IMG/VR virus record: IMGVR_UViG_3300033407_000052
Span: 1-39,944 of that record
Strand: one strand, 5' to 3'
Source of the DNA: a virus
Lineage: Duplodnaviria; Caudoviricetes
DNA: 39,944 nucleotides
Positions 8,058 to 14,683 of the stretch are shown in pieces (the first letter of the stretch is position 1; the number at the start of each line of letters is the position of its first letter). Made by a program: the position numbers and the translations under genes. The notes beneath the pieces are model-generated. The model saw only the letters and a program-made list of their open reading frames with translations. It searched no databases and was not told where the DNA came from.

Positions 8058-8296
8058 TTCTGCTCCTTTGACTTGGCGGGGATAATACCTGATATTTCAG
8101 ATTCTCTTAATCTATCAACGTAGCTTTCTCTGGTCACAAGATAAGTCCATTCATCATTATCATATTCACCACTGCCCCAGTGGTAGCTAATTCCTATAAT
8201 CGACCCTGCATATTTTCTGCCATGTATACCAATTTCTGCATAGACAATATCGCCTATGCTATATTTTGGCGACCCTAGTTCTGATAGCTTTCTCAT
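8054..8296 (-). CDS. Small SH3/KOW-like beta-barrel protein
   Basis: 'PKYSIGDIV...G.I......Y.V......ESEI' pattern. Confidence 0.6.
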   Translation of the reverse strand: MRKLSELGSPKYSIGDIVYAEIGIHGRKYAGSIIGISYHWGSGEYDNDEWTYLVTRESYVDRLRESEISGIIPAKSKEQK

Positions 8297-8649
8297 CACT
8301 CCTCCAATCCTAGCTCACGCCTTAGTTCGGCTATATCCTGCTGAATTATATCTGCACAAACTTCGCCAATTTCCACTACTACATCTCTGGTTGGATTTTT
8401 TGCATCTTTAGGTATTTCAGTTCTTCGCAATACTCTAGATTTTGCCTGTTCCATGCCTTCTATCCTAGCCCTAATCTCAGCTTCCCTAACCTTCTCTTTG
8501 GAGATGTAGCGGTTGAGGATGGCTTGTTTGGCTTTGGCTAATCTTTCTCTACCAATTAAATCATCTACGAAGTCTTGACTTTCAAAGCCGAACATTAGTA
8601 TCTCATCTAGCTCTTGATCGTCTGTAGTAGGTAGAGGGGCTTTACCCAT
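8296..8649 (-). CDS. Helical-scaffold family protein
   Basis: Probable start 8649. LDEIL / AKQAIL / IAELR framework. Confidence 0.7.
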   Translation of the reverse strand: MGKAPLPTTDDQELDEILMFGFESQDFVDDLIGRERLAKAKQAILNRYISKEKVREAEIRARIEGMEQAKSRVLRRTEIPKDAKNPTRDVVVEIGEVCADIIQQDIAELRRELGLEE

Positions 8650-9013
8650 ACATTGCCTCGTTCTCTCTTTCAGTACCCTCGTCATAGCACTTCTGACAGT
8701 AATACATCCAGTTTCTAGGCAGACTATTATGCTCTTGGGCATCAATCCCTTTAGGCAACTGTCCTACTACCTTACGCTTGGTTCCACAAAAGGAACATTT
8801 GGGCATAAAATTGCTTTCAATATCGCCCTTCCACCAATCTAGGTGTTCTTTTATCGCCTCCACTTCTCTATCCTTAATGAGTTGGAGGATGGCTTCTTTG
8901 GTTTGGTTATCCGAAGCTCCGATTAAATGGTCGGTTCTTATACCTCGTATCCACTCCCTATGCTGTTTGAGTATCTCATCTATAGCTTCATCAGTATTGA
9001 GGGGTTTACTCAT
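8642..9013 (-). CDS. Helical-scaffold family protein with CxxC...CxxC domain
   Basis: MSKPLNT..IDEIL / TKEAIL framework followed by a Zn-finger-like region. Confidence 0.7.
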   Translation of the reverse strand: MSKPLNTDEAIDEILKQHREWIRGIRTDHLIGASDNQTKEAILQLIKDREVEAIKEHLDWWKGDIESNFMPKCSFCGTKRKVVGQLPKGIDAQEHNSLPRNWMYYCQKCYDEGTERENEAMYG

Positions 9014-9183
9014 TACTTCTCCTCAGCCTTAAGAGGCGTATAGGCTATGCCTACTTCGAGTTTTGATATTTTTGGCCATATTATGATTGTGTAGTTTTTT
9101 GTTTTTATTGTTTGTTTTTGTGTGACAGTGAATACATCTGTCTGCTCGCAGTTTGAGCGTTTCCATAAATTCTTAATACTCAT
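9013..9183 (-). CDS. Hypothetical protein (56 aa)
   Basis: Coupled at both ends. MSIKNLWKRSNC... Confidence 0.5.
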   Translation of the reverse strand: MSIKNLWKRSNCEQTDVFTVTQKQTIKTKNYTIIIWPKISKLEVGIAYTPLKAEEK

Positions 9184-9314
9184 GGCTTATCCTTTCTAGC
9201 CCAATCTGGTTTATGCCAGGGCTTCCAAAATAGATGGTTAAATAGTTCCCACCGATCCCAAAAGACCTTATGGCATTTCGGACATTCATGATTGTGGGTT
9301 TCGATGTAGCTCAT
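9180..9314 (-). CDS. Single C2H2-type zinc-finger peptide (44 aa)
   Basis: HECPKCHKVFWDRWELFNHLFWKPWH = C-x2-C-x3-F-x5-L-x2-H-x6-H. Confidence 0.6.
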   Translation of the reverse strand: MSYIETHNHECPKCHKVFWDRWELFNHLFWKPWHKPDWARKDKP

Positions 9315-9315
9315 A

Positions 9316-9426
9316 CTAGCCCTTCTTCCTAAACTTAGCTTTAATCTTGCTTAATAATCCGTAATCTTCAAGAAATAGCGGGTAGTCAGTGAGGGTGTAG
9401 AGTCCTTTGGTTGGTTTGGGTTTCAT
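9316..9426 (-). CDS. Small basic protein (36 aa)
   Basis: AAGGAG RBS, ATGA-coupled. Confidence 0.55.
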   Translation of the reverse strand: MKPKPTKGLYTLTDYPLFLEDYGLLSKIKAKFRKKG

Positions 9427-9692
9427 ATAAGTCTCCTTTGAATTGGAGTCACTTGCCAGAATTTAGCTGTTCTCCCTGTCCGAGACTTATCTTTGTAGGC
9501 AACCTCAATTTCGTTCATCTCAAACAGCTCCCTCGATCTTCCAGTCACTCGGTTTATCTCCCAACCTAAGCCGTCAGCTATATCTAAGTTGCAGACGGGA
9601 CCATGCTCCTGAATAAACTTAAAGACCGCTAGTTGTTTTTCGCCTACTCGTTGCAGGGTGTCATAGGCCTTTCGTGAAGTATCAGCTAGCAT
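9423..9692 (-). CDS. Winged-helix DNA-binding protein
   Basis: 'VCNLDIADGLGWEINRVTGRSREL' HTH plus 'SRTGRTAKFW' wing. Start at 9692 after GGGAG. Confidence 0.75.
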   Translation of the reverse strand: MLADTSRKAYDTLQRVGEKQLAVFKFIQEHGPVCNLDIADGLGWEINRVTGRSRELFEMNEIEVAYKDKSRTGRTAKFWQVTPIQRRLI

Positions 9693-9900
9693 TTTTTGAC
9701 TCCCCATTTTTAACGCCTTTACGACTACTGGCACTTCCCCCTTTAGCTCCAGCTAGCCTTGCCAGTTCTCGGTTAGCGGCGAATCCACCTGTTGTACCTA
9801 CCTTCCCGCCGACAGCCCCGATACGAGAGTAAAAGTCTTTTCCGTGTCGTTTCTTATTAGTCTCGCTTGCCTTTATCCCGCCTTGTTTTGTGCCTCCCAT
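9682..9900 (-). CDS. KGG-repeat stress-induced-like protein
   Basis: 'HGKDFYSRIGAVGGK...ELARLAGAKGG' KGG motifs. Confidence 0.75.
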   Translation of the reverse strand: MGGTKQGGIKASETNKKRHGKDFYSRIGAVGGKVGTTGGFAANRELARLAGAKGGSASSRKGVKNGESKNAS

Positions 9901-9901
9901 C

Positions 9902-10405
9902 TTATTCACTCTTTTCACGTTGCTTTAATATAATGTCCTCGATACTTGGGAAATTGACATGAAGCCCGAACTTTTCTCCTATGTGTCGGTTGATTGTTTC
10001 AAAGACCTCATCAATTTCTACAGTCGTTAATTCAGTAGTTGATTCCTTGCCTAGTTGCGCTTTTTGAACTGGTCGCCATAAATGTTCTTTGACGGTTTTA
10101 TCGTTCCAGTCGATAGCGATCTCCGGCTTTAGCACTACTCGCATATCAAGTCCAGCATCATTGAGTTCGTCTGCTAACAGTCTGAACAGGACGTGCAAGG
10201 CTTTGTTTTGCTGGTTTGTTCTTGGCGGATAGGTTTTAGGCTCAAGTTGGTCGTAAAGTTGCTTCTTTCTTTCAAGCTCGGCTCGTTCCCGTGCTAGGGC
10301 TGATCGGAATTGTGGAGTATCAGTTGGGTATTTTTCAGCACTCTCGATTTGGGCTTCCATCATTTCAATTTCCTGTTTCAGATCGTCACGGTTAGGACTG
10401 CTCAT
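9902..10405 (-). CDS. NinB/Orf-like recombination accessory protein
   Basis: 'RTNQQNKALH...STTELT..E' motifs, downstream of the exonuclease. Confidence 0.6.
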   Translation of the reverse strand: MSSPNRDDLKQEIEMMEAQIESAEKYPTDTPQFRSALARERAELERKKQLYDQLEPKTYPPRTNQQNKALHVLFRLLADELNDAGLDMRVVLKPEIAIDWNDKTVKEHLWRPVQKAQLGKESTTELTTVEIDEVFETINRHIGEKFGLHVNFPSIEDIILKQREKSE

Positions 10406-11016
10406 TAGAAGGCCAACCTTTCTACAATTTCGTCAACTTCTTTTAACTGCTTTAGTTGGAATTGCAAGTATTTCTCTGGCAAGTCTGCTAGTTGTTCACG
10501 AGTAATTATGATTACTTTAAATGGACAGGTGGCGATTCTATCGTCATAAAATACAAAGTATAGTTTTTCAAGGTCAGGGTTCACAATGAAGTATTGAAGC
10601 ATCTGAGCCTCGAACTCGTCAGGTACTTTGTCCTCAACCACCGCTTGCAAGTGCCGGGCCGAACTCAAGCATTTGATTTCTATGGCTTCGGTGTATTTAC
10701 CCTTGTTCTTGATTAGGCCGTCCGGTGAGTTGATGATATTCGGGTACTTGTCATGTACGCAGATACCGACTCGCTCAACCTTCTTGTCCATGCTCTTTTC
10801 AAACATATCGACTACGTGTTCCTCCAGTCTCAGTCCTCGATCCATGCGATTCTCGTCGTCAGGTTCGATGGCTAATCTTTGGGCTATTAGTTCATAAAAG
10901 CCAATCTTCCGCCCGCCTCTCTTTGAGTAGAGTTGGGATAGCATCGTGCCACTAATTTTGCCCTTGCGGTATTCTCTCCATTCGTCACTGCCTTGTTCAA
11001 CATCAATTACTTTCAC
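10405..11016 (-). CDS. YqaJ / lambda-exonuclease family nuclease
   Basis: 'QGSDEW..YR.G.I', 'SPDGL', 'EIKC' and 'Q...Y' motifs. GTG start 11016 after AGGAGG. Confidence 0.9.
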   Translation of the reverse strand: MKVIDVEQGSDEWREYRKGKISGTMLSQLYSKRGGRKIGFYELIAQRLAIEPDDENRMDRGLRLEEHVVDMFEKSMDKKVERVGICVHDKYPNIINSPDGLIKNKGKYTEAIEIKCLSSARHLQAVVEDKVPDEFEAQMLQYFIVNPDLEKLYFVFYDDRIATCPFKVIIITREQLADLPEKYLQFQLKQLKEVDEIVERLAF

Positions 11017-11497
11017 TGAGAGCCTCCTTGCGGACATTCTTGGCATCCACAACCTTCTGTTCGGCAATAAGTGGCCCAAGTCCCATAAATACCTTTTTTA
11101 GCTCGTCTAGGGTCTTAGCATCGTTGATCCGTTCGATGGCTTCGTCAATTTTCTGGTTCTGGTAGTCGTAGAACTCTTGCATTTCCTCACTTGATGCAAT
11201 TTCACCTGACGCTAGATACCCAAGCATAGCTAATGCTCTACCGACAGCGATACTCTCCAGCTTTTCAAAAGCCTTTGCTCCGGCGTTTTTACCGAGGGCG
11301 TGTCCGGTAGCTTCGCCTGATTCTGGTTTGGCCTTATCCTTGAGGACTCTAGCTTTGAACATAATTTGACCGTCTTCTTGGATCGTGGGGGTGGTTTCGA
11401 TTAGACCATTGGGACAATTCTCCCTAAACTCCTTGAGTCGATCTGCTACTTGTGCGTAGTTCTTGCCTTGTAGGTCGATTGTTTTTACTTTACTCAC
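11003..11497 (-). CDS. Single-strand annealing protein (Rad52/Sak-like)
   Basis: 'YAQVADRL..F...P.G.IET...EKLESIAVGRALAMLG', adjacent to the exonuclease. Confidence 0.7.
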   Translation of the reverse strand: MSKVKTIDLQGKNYAQVADRLKEFRENCPNGLIETTPTIQEDGQIMFKARVLKDKAKPESGEATGHALGKNAGAKAFEKLESIAVGRALAMLGYLASGEIASSEEMQEFYDYQNQKIDEAIERINDAKTLDELKKVFMGLGPLIAEQKVVDAKNVRKEALSESN

Positions 11498-11510
11498 GAT
11501 TCATCTCCTT

Positions 11511-12089
11511 CTAGTTGTTTACGTTGGTTGGTCCCCTTTTTAGCCTATAATCTTTTTTCTTAATCTTAACCATACGTCCGTCTGGGTGGTGCCAGACTAA
11601 GCCTTCAATGTCTTTATCTTCGAGCCACTGTTTAAGTGCTTCAAACTCAGTAGGTACATCTTCGTAAGTCTCGGCGTCACGCATGAAATCATGTAGGTAG
11701 TGTTTCTCGGAGTGTTCGGGGTTGCCTTGTACTTTTGGCCCTAGAAGTTCATACGGGCCGTCTGGTAGGTCAACTTTGTCAGGGTTGCCACCGACAGCTT
11801 CTCTGTGCCATTTATCTTCTGAGCCGTTACCGACCTCAACATAGCCCATGCTCTTACCCGTAGTTTCATCACGGTCTACTAGCTCGAAGCCATAGGGAGC
11901 TTCCCGTCCTTCCCTAAGCTCGTATCGCTTGTATAGTTTGCCATCTCGAACAAGGACATTAGTGCCGTCATACTTACGGGTAGCAACGCCCCCGCCAGCC
12001 ACGACCCAGTCAGTACCATCAGAATACTCAGCTATGATTGCTCCGTGGTTGCTAAAGTCTCGCTTAAATAGTGTTGGTATCTTTTTCAT
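11511..12089 (-). CDS. RLIG1/C12orf29-like (DUF5565) RNA ligase, copy 1
   Basis: Nucleotidyltransferase motifs KYDG, YELLGPKVQGNP and IEGLVWH..DG.MVK. Confidence 0.75.
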   Translation of the reverse strand: MKKIPTLFKRDFSNHGAIIAEYSDGTDWVVAGGGVATRKYDGTNVLVRDGKLYKRYELREGREAPYGFELVDRDETTGKSMGYVEVGNGSEDKWHREAVGGNPDKVDLPDGPYELLGPKVQGNPEHSEKHYLHDFMRDAETYEDVPTEFEALKQWLEDKDIEGLVWHHPDGRMVKIKKKDYRLKRGPTNVNN

Positions 12090-12475
12090 CACTTATCTCC
12101 TTTAAGTTGTTTACGTTCCTCTTGGATAGCAGAGCGAACTTCATGCTCAAATGTTATTGCCATTTTGCTTTGCTCAAATTGGTCATGTTGTTTGGCGAAA
12201 TCTATCGGGTCTTCGGGTCGCCCATAAATCATATTGGCTTCTGTTCGGGTTATATCGTACTTGTCTCTAATGCTCCTGACTTTAGGCTCCAGCCTATCCA
12301 ATAGCTCGGCTTGGGCGGTGGAGAGGAGGGTCAGAAGGCGTTCAACATGTTTATTTGGAGCATCATCTGATAGATTGCCAGCTCTAGCTTTAGCTATAAT
12401 CCATGAACCATATTCTGTGACCTCTTGATAGATTTTCCTTCTCAGCTCATTGTTAGTATCTAGGGGCTTGGTCAT
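12089..12475 (-). CDS. Helical-scaffold family protein (MTKPLDTNNELR type)
   Basis: Three blocks identical to 6791-7060. Confidence 0.8.
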   Translation of the reverse strand: MTKPLDTNNELRRKIYQEVTEYGSWIIAKARAGNLSDDAPNKHVERLLTLLSTAQAELLDRLEPKVRSIRDKYDITRTEANMIYGRPEDPIDFAKQHDQFEQSKMAITFEHEVRSAIQEERKQLKGDK

Positions 12476-12870
12476 TTTAGTAATTCTCCATTTTCGTAGA
12501 TGTTACCGATAACTTCAATACTAACTTCTTCATCACCGATGGCTTGTCCTAGTTGCTGAAAACCAAGAGGCAAGTACCAAGCCGTATAATCTTCGTCCCA
12601 CACCACTTCTGAATTTAAGTCTGAATAGTGTCCAGCGAATCCATTATCAGAATCTGTGATTATGCGTACCACGTCCCCCTCATAAATCTCTTTGCCGTTT
12701 TTGTCTTTTAGACCAGTGAATTGCATAAGTTCTACAATCTTATTGAGATTTTTTAGTGGGTCGGCGTTAGTGTAGATGTCGCCATCAAGACTTATACACC
12801 AGTTGGGAAATGCATAATACATCTTGTTATCGTCTTTATCCCACGCTCTAAATTTAATTGGTCTGCTCAT
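12472..12870 (-). CDS. YopX family protein
   Basis: 'IKFRAWD', 'MQFTGLKDKNGKEIYEGD', 'EVIGNIYEN'. Confidence 0.9.
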   Translation of the reverse strand: MSRPIKFRAWDKDDNKMYYAFPNWCISLDGDIYTNADPLKNLNKIVELMQFTGLKDKNGKEIYEGDVVRIITDSDNGFAGHYSDLNSEVVWDEDYTAWYLPLGFQQLGQAIGDEEVSIEVIGNIYENGELLK

Positions 12871-13136
12871 AATCTCCCCATTTCTACTCGATTAAAGGTT
12901 TCTGCCGGGCTTTCCTCGCTCCACTCCTCACGGGTCATACCGTACAATCCCCACAAGGTAGGCGAAGAAGCGTCACAATCCTCGCACTCGTACCAAGTCC
13001 CGTCCTCGTTCTCGTCTTTGAGGATGCGGTCATGTTCGCAAGCTGGTTGGTTAGGACAGTCGGACTGGTCGCAAGGGTAGTCCTCGCACAGTTCGTGCTT
13101 CATGTCGTTGATGGCTATTTGGTCTAGGTCGCTCAT
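12867..13136 (-). CDS. Acidic Cys-rich chimeric protein
   Basis: N-terminus identical to 13536-13766, C-terminus homologous to 13219-13536. Confidence 0.75.
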   Translation of the reverse strand: MSDLDQIAINDMKHELCEDYPCDQSDCPNQPACEHDRILKDENEDGTWYECEDCDASSPTLWGLYGMTREEWSEESPAETFNRVEMGRL

Positions 13137-13222
13137 CTGATTGCCTTAATTCTAGTTACGATGCCTTGATATACCTGTACTTTAGTAGTGCTGTTTAGTG
13201 GGGCTTTGGGGTAGATTTTCAT
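13133..13222 (-). CDS. Small peptide (29 aa)
   Basis: ATGA-coupled at both ends. Confidence 0.45.
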   Translation of the reverse strand: MKIYPKAPLNSTTKVQVYQGIVTRIKAIR

Positions 13223-13536
13223 AGCTGCCCCATTTCCGTCCGGCTATAGGTTTCGGCTGGGGTTTCTTCGCACCATTCTTCCCGGGTCATGTCGTATAGT
13301 TCCCAAGGCTCATCAGCAGTCTTGTCGCAGAGTAAGCAAGTGTAGCTGAACCCATCGCTATAGTCCGCCACTTCTACTTGATGTCGTGGGTGGTCGCAAG
13401 CTACGTTGTTCTCGTCCACACTCTCGTGAGCTATGTCTTCCATGAGATTGTTAAACCAGTTGCCGAGAGGATTGCTCCATTCGTCTGGTTGGCTAATAGT
13501 GTACGCATAGAGTTGAGTGGCTTTAGGCTTTGCCAT
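13219..13536 (-). CDS. Acidic Zn-binding-like protein
   Basis: CDH...CxxC, C-terminal 'MTREEW.EE.PAET'. Confidence 0.7.
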   Translation of the reverse strand: MAKPKATQLYAYTISQPDEWSNPLGNWFNNLMEDIAHESVDENNVACDHPRHQVEVADYSDGFSYTCLLCDKTADEPWELYDMTREEWCEETPAETYSRTEMGQL

Positions 13537-13766
13537 TATAAGCCTAGCCAGCCCTCTGCATAGGTCCGCGCTTCTTGCTCAGTATCAAATACTTGAGGCA
13601 AGGTGTAGGACTCTGCGCCGGACCAGTGCTTTTCTTGAATTCTTACGTGGAAGCCATAAGTACCATGCTCGATTTTGTAGGTAGGTGGCTTACACTCCCT
13701 GCATGGGTTAGTATCACAAAGCTCGTGCTTCATGTCGTTGATGGCTATTTGGTCTAGGTCGCTCAT
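13536..13766 (-). CDS. First gene of the early operon, hypothetical
   Basis: Directly downstream of the leftward promoter, AAGGA RBS. Confidence 0.75.
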   Translation of the reverse strand: MSDLDQIAINDMKHELCDTNPCRECKPPTYKIEHGTYGFHVRIQEKHWSGAESYTLPQVFDTEQEARTYAEGWLGL

Positions 13767-13796
13767 TTTGTTGATCCTTGCTTAGTTGATACCCCT

Positions 13797-13825
13797 ATAA
13801 TAAGCCTATGGATACTTAAAGTCAA
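13797..13825 (-). promoter_or_regulatory. Sigma70-type early promoter (leftward)
   Basis: TTGACT (13820-13825) - 17 bp - TATTAT (13797-13802). Confidence 0.8.
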
Positions 13826-13895
13826 TAGTAAGCGTAGACTTTTTTTGATGTTTATTTTAGGCTGGGGATAACTCAGAATGGTATATAATGTAGCC

Positions 13896-13967
13896 ACTGG
13901 TTCTGCCAGTAACCCCCAATCGAAAACCCCCCGAACAACTTGATCCTTGCTTGGGGGGTTTCTCTTT
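13896..13967 (+). ncRNA. Candidate antisense sRNA against the early-operon RBS
   Basis: TATAAT at 13884-13889, two hairpins. The terminator hairpin carries ttgatccttgctt (13940-13952), identical to 13771-13783. Confidence 0.55.
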
Positions 13968-13983
13968 ATGTTAAAATCAAAAA

Positions 13984-14116
13984 GCCGGAGGGTACGAGTA
14001 ATATGCCGAATATCTCGTATACGGCTCGATTGAGCGTAAGACACGCCCTCCGGAATGGTGAAACCGTTTTTATCCCCGGCTTCTGTTAGGAAACTAAGAG
14101 AGGCTGGGGAGTTTTT
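13984..14116 (+). ncRNA. Candidate branched structured sRNA with terminator
   Basis: TGtTAAAAT at 13969-13977. Closing stem 13985-13993/14045-14053 with two internal hairpins, then a long GAAA-capped hairpin 14073-14110 plus U tract. Confidence 0.55.
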
Positions 14117-14162
14117 ATAATATTAGCGTTGTAACTATAGGCAATTACTCTATATATGGTAC

Positions 14163-14191
14163 TTGTACTGGACAAATGCCAAGAGTATGAT
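14163..14191 (+). promoter_or_regulatory. Rightward sigma70-type promoter
   Basis: TTGTAC - 17 bp - TATGAT. Confidence 0.6.
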
Positions 14192-14263
14192 TGCAGTAAG
14201 ATATTATCACTACCAAAGTTTTAGTATCCTAGGCTCGAGCCGACACGTGTCATAAATGCAAGT

Positions 14264-14311
14264 AAAATTAAAACCCCCGCTGATTTAGCGGAGGCTTCTA
14301 CCAAAGTTTCA
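14264..14311 (-). ncRNA. Candidate cis-antisense RNA in the leader of the putative replication gene
   Basis: Leftward TTGACA (14341-14346) - 17 bp - CATACT (14318-14323), then a hairpin whose G-U pairs and U tract work only on the minus strand. Confidence 0.55.
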
Positions 14312-14327
14312 TAAATCAGTATGGGGC

Positions 14328-14624
14328 ATGGAGAATCGAATGTCAACCCCAATCTCGCAAGTTCTGAATTCAAACAACAATGTAACAATGTTAATTAAAA
14401 CTAAAAACAACAATGTAACAATGAACAATGTAGATCACTTGAAAGTAGATTACATTGCTAACAAGCTAGTCGAGCTGTTTAGTAACCCGGTAGCCAAAAA
14501 CTTTTATTGCAAGGTTGCCTATAAGCTACCAGAAGGCACTATTTGGGATTTAGTAGAGCAGTCCAAGACTGGAGATTATCCAGTTAAACTGTTTACTTGG
14601 TTATGCAAGCAAGCTGGAGTGTAG
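14328..14624 (+). CDS. Small putative replication/origin-binding protein
   Basis: Contains iteron-like repeats, helical C-terminus, first rightward gene. Start may be 14340. Confidence 0.5.
   Translation: MENRMSTPISQVLNSNNNVTMLIKTKNNNVTMNNVDHLKVDYIANKLVELFSNPVAKNFYCKVAYKLPEGTIWDLVEQSKTGDYPVKLFTWLCKQAGV
14372..14430 (+). repeat. Iteron-like repeats (possible origin)
   Basis: aaacaacaatgtaacaatg at 14372-14390 and 14405-14423 (33-bp period). Five AACAATG heptamers. Confidence 0.75.
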
Positions 14625-14646
14625 ATTAGGTATTTAATATCAAACT

Positions 14647-14655
14647 TGTTATACT
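14647..14655 (+). promoter_or_regulatory. Extended -10 promoter upstream of the packaging genes
   Basis: TGtTATACT in the intergenic gap. Confidence 0.5.
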
Positions 14656-14683
14656 TTAACCATATAACAAAGGTCTCAGCACC

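Noticed and set aside
6791-12475. Diversity-generating retroelement (TR/VR pair)
   Set aside because: No reverse transcriptase. The differences are whole unalignable segments, not adenine-specific substitutions.
5192-13757. Plus-strand ORFs opposite the early operon
   Set aside because: Antisense shadows. The minus strand is fully tiled by coupled genes.
5134-13766. CRISPR array interpretation of the 20-44-nt repeats
   Set aside because: The repeats are of several different sequences, irregularly spaced, mostly in-frame coding, and no cas genes are present.
13763-14044. Minus-strand 93-aa ORF as a repressor
   Set aside because: No HTH signature or RBS. It runs across promoters and hairpins of the control region.
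13984-14053. tRNA gene
   Set aside because: Branched fold, but no TTCRA T-loop, no D-loop GG pattern and no CCA.
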